Source of the DNA: Lepidodermella squamata
Taxonomy: Eukaryota > Animalia > Gastrotricha
Direction: 5' to 3'
DNA length: 64,000 nt
NCBI GenBank assembly: GCA_047495785.1
Contig: JBLDXI010000001.1
Span: 1,488,001-1,552,000, forward strand
In this document: positions 59,708-64,000 of the stretch, one piece after another
Numbering within the stretch: the stretch's first letter is position 1
How the letters are laid out: each line of letters starts with the position of its first letter
Position numbers and translations under genes: made by a program
The notes under the pieces: generated by a model
Seen by the model: the letters and a program-made list of their open reading frames with translations, nothing else
What the model was told of the DNA's origin: nothing
Databases searched by the model: none

Positions 59708-60939
59708 TTAGTTCGACGCAATCGTTCCATCGATCCAATTGCGATAATAGCTAACGCGAGTGTAAACTCCTAAAAATAATGATCAGGGTTAAACTGTAAA
59801 ATTAATGAGGAATTCGCAAACCTGGGTAACCGCGCGGATCCGCGCACCCGATTCCCCAGCTAACCACTCCGATTTGAATGAACTGCTGGCTATTTTGAGA
59901 AGCTCGCATGATCATAGGACCGCCGCTGTCACCCTGGCACGTGTCTTTGCCATTTCCGCTTGCGCACAACATCGTGGCATCAACACTTGCGCCCTCTTGG
60001 CTGAGCTTGTTCTTGCACTCGGTGTTGGAAATTGTGGCAATTTGAGCCTTCTGCAGAGTATTGGGTGAGAAAAATGCGCCTAAAAATATTGATTGAATAA
60101 AAATTGGCAATTTCTAATTTTCCAACTAACCAGATTTAGCATCTCCCCAACCAGCGATGTATGAGATGTTTCTATCCAGATTTTCGATATTCGAAGGTGC
60201 GAGGCAGACTTCGCGGATGTTTTGATTGAAATTCAATGGGGTTGCCAATTTAACAAGAGCAATGTCGTTAACATTGGTGACCTGGTCCCAGCTGGCTGGA
60301 ATAACCTTCGAAACCTTGGCGTAAACTTCGGTGGTATCAGAATTGAGGATTCGGTGCTCGCCTGCAACCACTCGAATCTTCGCCAGCGTCAGAGTTGATA
60401 AGATATTGATGTCCTGGAAGCAGTGAGCTGCAGTGAGAATCCACTGGCGATCGATGATGGAACCACCACAGAAATGTTCGCTATCAAGTTGAAGCGAGAC
60501 AAGCCACTGTAAAGGTTGTTAATGAAATGTTCATATATCAGAATGCAAATCTTACTGGGAATTCATTCGGGTAAGCGTCAACACCGCCGACAATCCTGTT
60601 ATTGTTGTTGACTTTAGCTGCTTCGGTGCCATACTTAGAAACACCACAGATATCTGAAATTAAATTGCCAAAAAATCTGGACTGATTTTGTTAAACGTAA
60701 TTACTAAGAGGGGGCACGATAGTGGTCAGAGAAGAGGGCAGGGTCAACGGTGGGACGCAGCAGCGCTTGCCAGTCAAGATGCCACATCGCAAGTTAGGTT
60801 CCTCGTAGTAACCAGTTTTGCAGTTGTAATCGCAATAGGCACCAGATTTCGTCAGGCAATCTGAAAAAACTTGCCGCTTTTCGCGAGTTTCCGCAGAGGC
60901 GGCAGCAACACATAGCATGAGTACAACAGCAAACTTCAT
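59708..60939 (-). CDS. Secreted trypsin-like serine protease with N-terminal 6-Cys (defensin/clip-like) domain; 5 exons
   Basis: Signal peptide; R^IVGG; CGGS; TAAHC; NDIAL; DTCQGDSGGP; SWGIGC; VYTRVS. Intron 60704-60654 joins exon 1 in frame to ICG. Confidence 0.92.
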
Positions 60940-62698
60940 CTTGCTGTTATAAAATAAGGGAAATAGACTTTCAAGTCGAAGCGGGAGGAATCTGAAGCGA
61001 CCTGAGTACCTGAGCGACTTTATAGTCGGTTATCAGTTATTTGGAATGTTAATGTGGCGCATAATCGACTGGATACACGCCCATCTTCACACGAATCAAC
61101 GCGATATGAGAAAACACCTGGTGCATACTCACGCCGGGCGGCATCATGAGCTCAATCGGAATTGAGGTCATCTTTGATCAGCGATAAAGCGGCAGCATAG
61201 TTCTGGTAACGCTGAATTAATATGTATCAGAAAAAACACGCCATAGGTCGAAGTTGTAAATTTTGCACTCGTTTGGTCAACTACCCCCAGCGTTTACGGC
61301 TGATAAGACCTTGCAACATGTTATATGCAAGCATAAAATTCCCAGTGTGGAGCGATTTAATGCTAGGTGAATCAAATGATTGGAAGTTATCTTCAAGAGT
61401 CAATTCGGTAAATAATTGAAAGGGCCTCAATGACATAACACCGCTGTGATCGCTGATCGCTACATAAAGGTTTGTAAATACTGAGATCATGTAAAGGCGA
61501 TGCTGACTGAATACGGTAATTAGGGTCTGCTCCTGCAGATTTGCCTATGTTTCCACGAAGAGAAATTAAGCAAAGATTACCTAAAGAGTATGCTTTATTA
61601 GGCTCTACGAGGTTGTACGAGTGACAGCAAAAACAGACCAAAGCCTTCGATGCAATGCGAGGGACCAGACGACTATTGAACAATTTTGAATGAAATGACT
61701 AATAAAGCAGGAAGTTTTCTCCATATGTCTTCTATTTACGTGGCCTATTACTCCCAAATAATGCTAATACATCGTCAACACCTCGGCTTGATTTAAACTC
61801 ATCAATCTTGGATCTCGGCCGCTGCGTGTTCCCATTGCGTGCAACATTGCGTGTTTCCGTTACGATCAGCAATAAAGAGCGTAGGTATCGTGCTACTGAT
61901 ACCATGCCGATTTTAACAGTTATCAATAAAAGACGGCTTCCCGCCGTGAAAGGGTTAATTAGTCTTACATCATTAAACATGCAATTGCAATTTGCAATCA
62001 AGCACCCATTATCGGATTGAATCCAAGTTTGAAAGTGTAACTTTTCTAGGCTGTTGACAAATAACTTATAGATATCGTGACTAAGCTTCCTACAAATGGA
62101 TAGCCATTCAAGAAACTTCAACTTTGACCCCTGCTTCATTTGGTATGCGCGGAATTCACAACTTCAAAAAAGCATATTTTCATCGCAGTGGGCCGTCAAC
62201 TGTCCGCCCCGATTGTTGTTGCTGCGGCTCTTGTCACTGCGTCGACGAAACTAGATTACACCGGGTTAGGGTGCTCCACTTGTCAAACAACGTGACTTCA
62301 CAAAATGCTGCGACAGATACCGATACAGAAGTTCATCATCATCATCATCATTTTATTGTTTTCCTTCTGATTGCACCATTTTTTTTTAATTTTATAAAAG
62401 AATAACAGTATTTAGGAATGGATTTATAAATGGGCAAAAAGAGGATCGAGCGCAGAAGTAAGGCGACCGTACACAGCATATAAGTATGTTTATTATAGGA
62501 TGATGCGCGCAAGGCAAGTTTTATTGTGATTCTCAGAATCTACAATTTATCGAAATGATCACGGGGTATCGAAGAAAAAACAAATCAAGCACAGATTATA
62601 TGATTGATTTTCATAGACCGATTTACGATTGCAGCCCGAAGCAGAAAACCGTTGGCTCAAGTTAGTTCGATAATGTTGACCGTTGTTTGGTTGCCGTT

Positions 62699-62903
62699 TC
62701 CAATTTCGTTGGTAGAAGTGCGCTCTCAGAGGGCACTTCTACCAGGCGGTTGGCTATCAGGCGGTCAAGATTAAGGCTAAGGTTAGGTTTAGGGTTAGTT
62801 TTAGGGTTAGGGGTTAGGGTTAGGGTTAGGTTGGGGGTGGGGTGCCCTCTGAGCCATCTGAGAGGAAGCCCTCTGAGAGCGCAGTTCTACCAACGAAATT
62901 GGA
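62699..62903. mobile_element. Short inverted-repeat element enclosing degenerate TTAGGG repeats
   Basis: 36-bp inverted repeat (62699-62734 / 62868-62903, 1 mismatch); internal (TTAGGG/TTAGG)n at about 62772-62830. Confidence 0.7.
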
Positions 62904-63267
62904 GGAGGCACAAGGAGGACAGTGAGTTTCGTTCAGTTTGCTGTATTGTCAGGACAACACTCACAAAGCCCTTCTGAGTTTGTTCCTGCTTAACGCCTTC
63001 CCCAGTGGAACTTTATCTATTTTGGCTGCCCATTCGACTTGATTCGGACAAGCTAGTAGACAGTAAGCTTTGCGAAGAGACAGTTCCACACTCAGTGTGG
63101 TGCGAACCGAGAGGTGGAAATTGCGAATTGAAAAATGCTGCGACTTGCAGAAACTTTTTTTCGTTCAAAAATTTACCGCTCAAATGTCATCACATTAAAA
63201 AGTATTATTCATTTCAAAAAATTATTTTATACTAAAAAATATTAAAATTATGTTTTGTAAATTCAGA

Positions 63268-63281
63268 ATTGCCATAGCAAC
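63268..63281 (+). promoter_or_regulatory. RFX X-box-like motif
   Basis: ATTGCCATAGCAAC versus consensus GTTGCCATGGCAAC, about 225 nt upstream of a ciliary gene ATG. Confidence 0.6.
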
Positions 63282-63503
63282 GTTGTATACATCGAGGCGG
63301 TTCGGCAATTGTGCTGGGCTCTAATGAGGATTGGCCATCCACTGTATTTCGAAAATAAACCCTCCGCACGCTAATGCTGAAATAGGAGCTTATCCTCTAC
63401 CGAAAAACACGCATTCTCTTCCTGTCTTTTGGTCTTCGAAGTTGAAAATAAATACATACTTATGAGTTGTGCTGTAATCTAGGTTCATTCAACGCTATTC
63501 AGA

Positions 63504-64000
63504 ATGGACCGAACTCGAACAGAAATACCCACATCCGGCGTCTCGGCTCAATTCATTGAAGCCCATGGTGTCCGAATAACACCGGCAAAATTGATATTCG
63601 ATCAATTTGAAGTCAAAGAAACGTATGCGCTCGAAATGAACATCCTAAATATTGCGTCGCACCGCAAGACTGTTCGCTATTATGCTCCTGTTGGCAAGGT
63701 AAACATTCATTTCTTCGCTCAATCATTTGCTATTCAAGCATATTTTTATTTAAATAGGAGTTCAAAGTAAAGGCAAAGACTTTAGAAGATAGCATTTCGT
63801 CTGGTATCAGTCTTCTTGCAACTTTGGAGTTTCGGCCAGCTGATTATGGTACTAAGCGGGATCGTGTTGTCATAACTGTCGATGGAGAGAAAATAGAGGT
63901 TCCAGTCGAATGGTAAATTTTATTCTATACGTCATAGCACATGTTTATCAAAATTTCAAACAGTAACCCGTGTAGACCAGTGTTGGAAGTATCACCAATT
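63504..64000 (+). CDS. CFAP47: CFAP47-like ciliary protein, 5' part (runs off window); introns about 63699-63757, 63913-63963
   Basis: GVRITPAKLIF...LNIASHRKTVRYYAP..EFKVK...ISSGISLLATLEF...DRVVITVDGEKIEVPV resembles the N-terminal ASH domain of CFAP47. Confidence 0.65.

Noticed and set aside
61280-62350. Minus-strand ORFs including TWIQSDNGCLIANCNCM (SWIM-finger-like)
   Set aside because: The CxH half of the motif is missing and no coherent gene model was found

Overview
Gene-dense eukaryotic (invertebrate animal) genomic DNA with mostly ~40-60 nt spliceosomal introns; a CFAP47-like gene and TTAGGG tracts argue against a nematode, and the taxon cannot be fixed from sequence alone. About 30 protein-coding genes can be reconstructed: Lines, a glutaredoxin-like gene overlapping FAN1, RAB5IF, CCDC59, METTL7-like, ZDHHC, PHRF1, MRPS17, three SLC49-type MFS paralogs, torsin, YJU2B, Asterix, BDP1, ATP6V1C, Cdc25, a GABA-B-like GPCR, four aldo-keto reductases, two NPY/PrRP-type GPCRs, a coiled-coil gene, SLC46, MRPS30, a trypsin with an N-terminal 6-Cys domain, and the start of CFAP47. 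Most notable: (1) operon-like packing of co-oriented genes with unpaired AG acceptors, including a 17-nt CDS overlap; (2) a 3 x 1322-bp tandem array that creates two chimeric AKR genes through a 19-nt microhomology; (3) a full-length RTE/RTEX-like LINE with a 219-bp flanking direct repeat and an AUG-less ORF2 behind a single in-frame TAG; (4) a defensin/clip-like domain fused to a serine protease; (5) two MITE-like inverted-repeat elements. All gene names come from recalled family motifs, not database searches; exon coordinates were read by eye.
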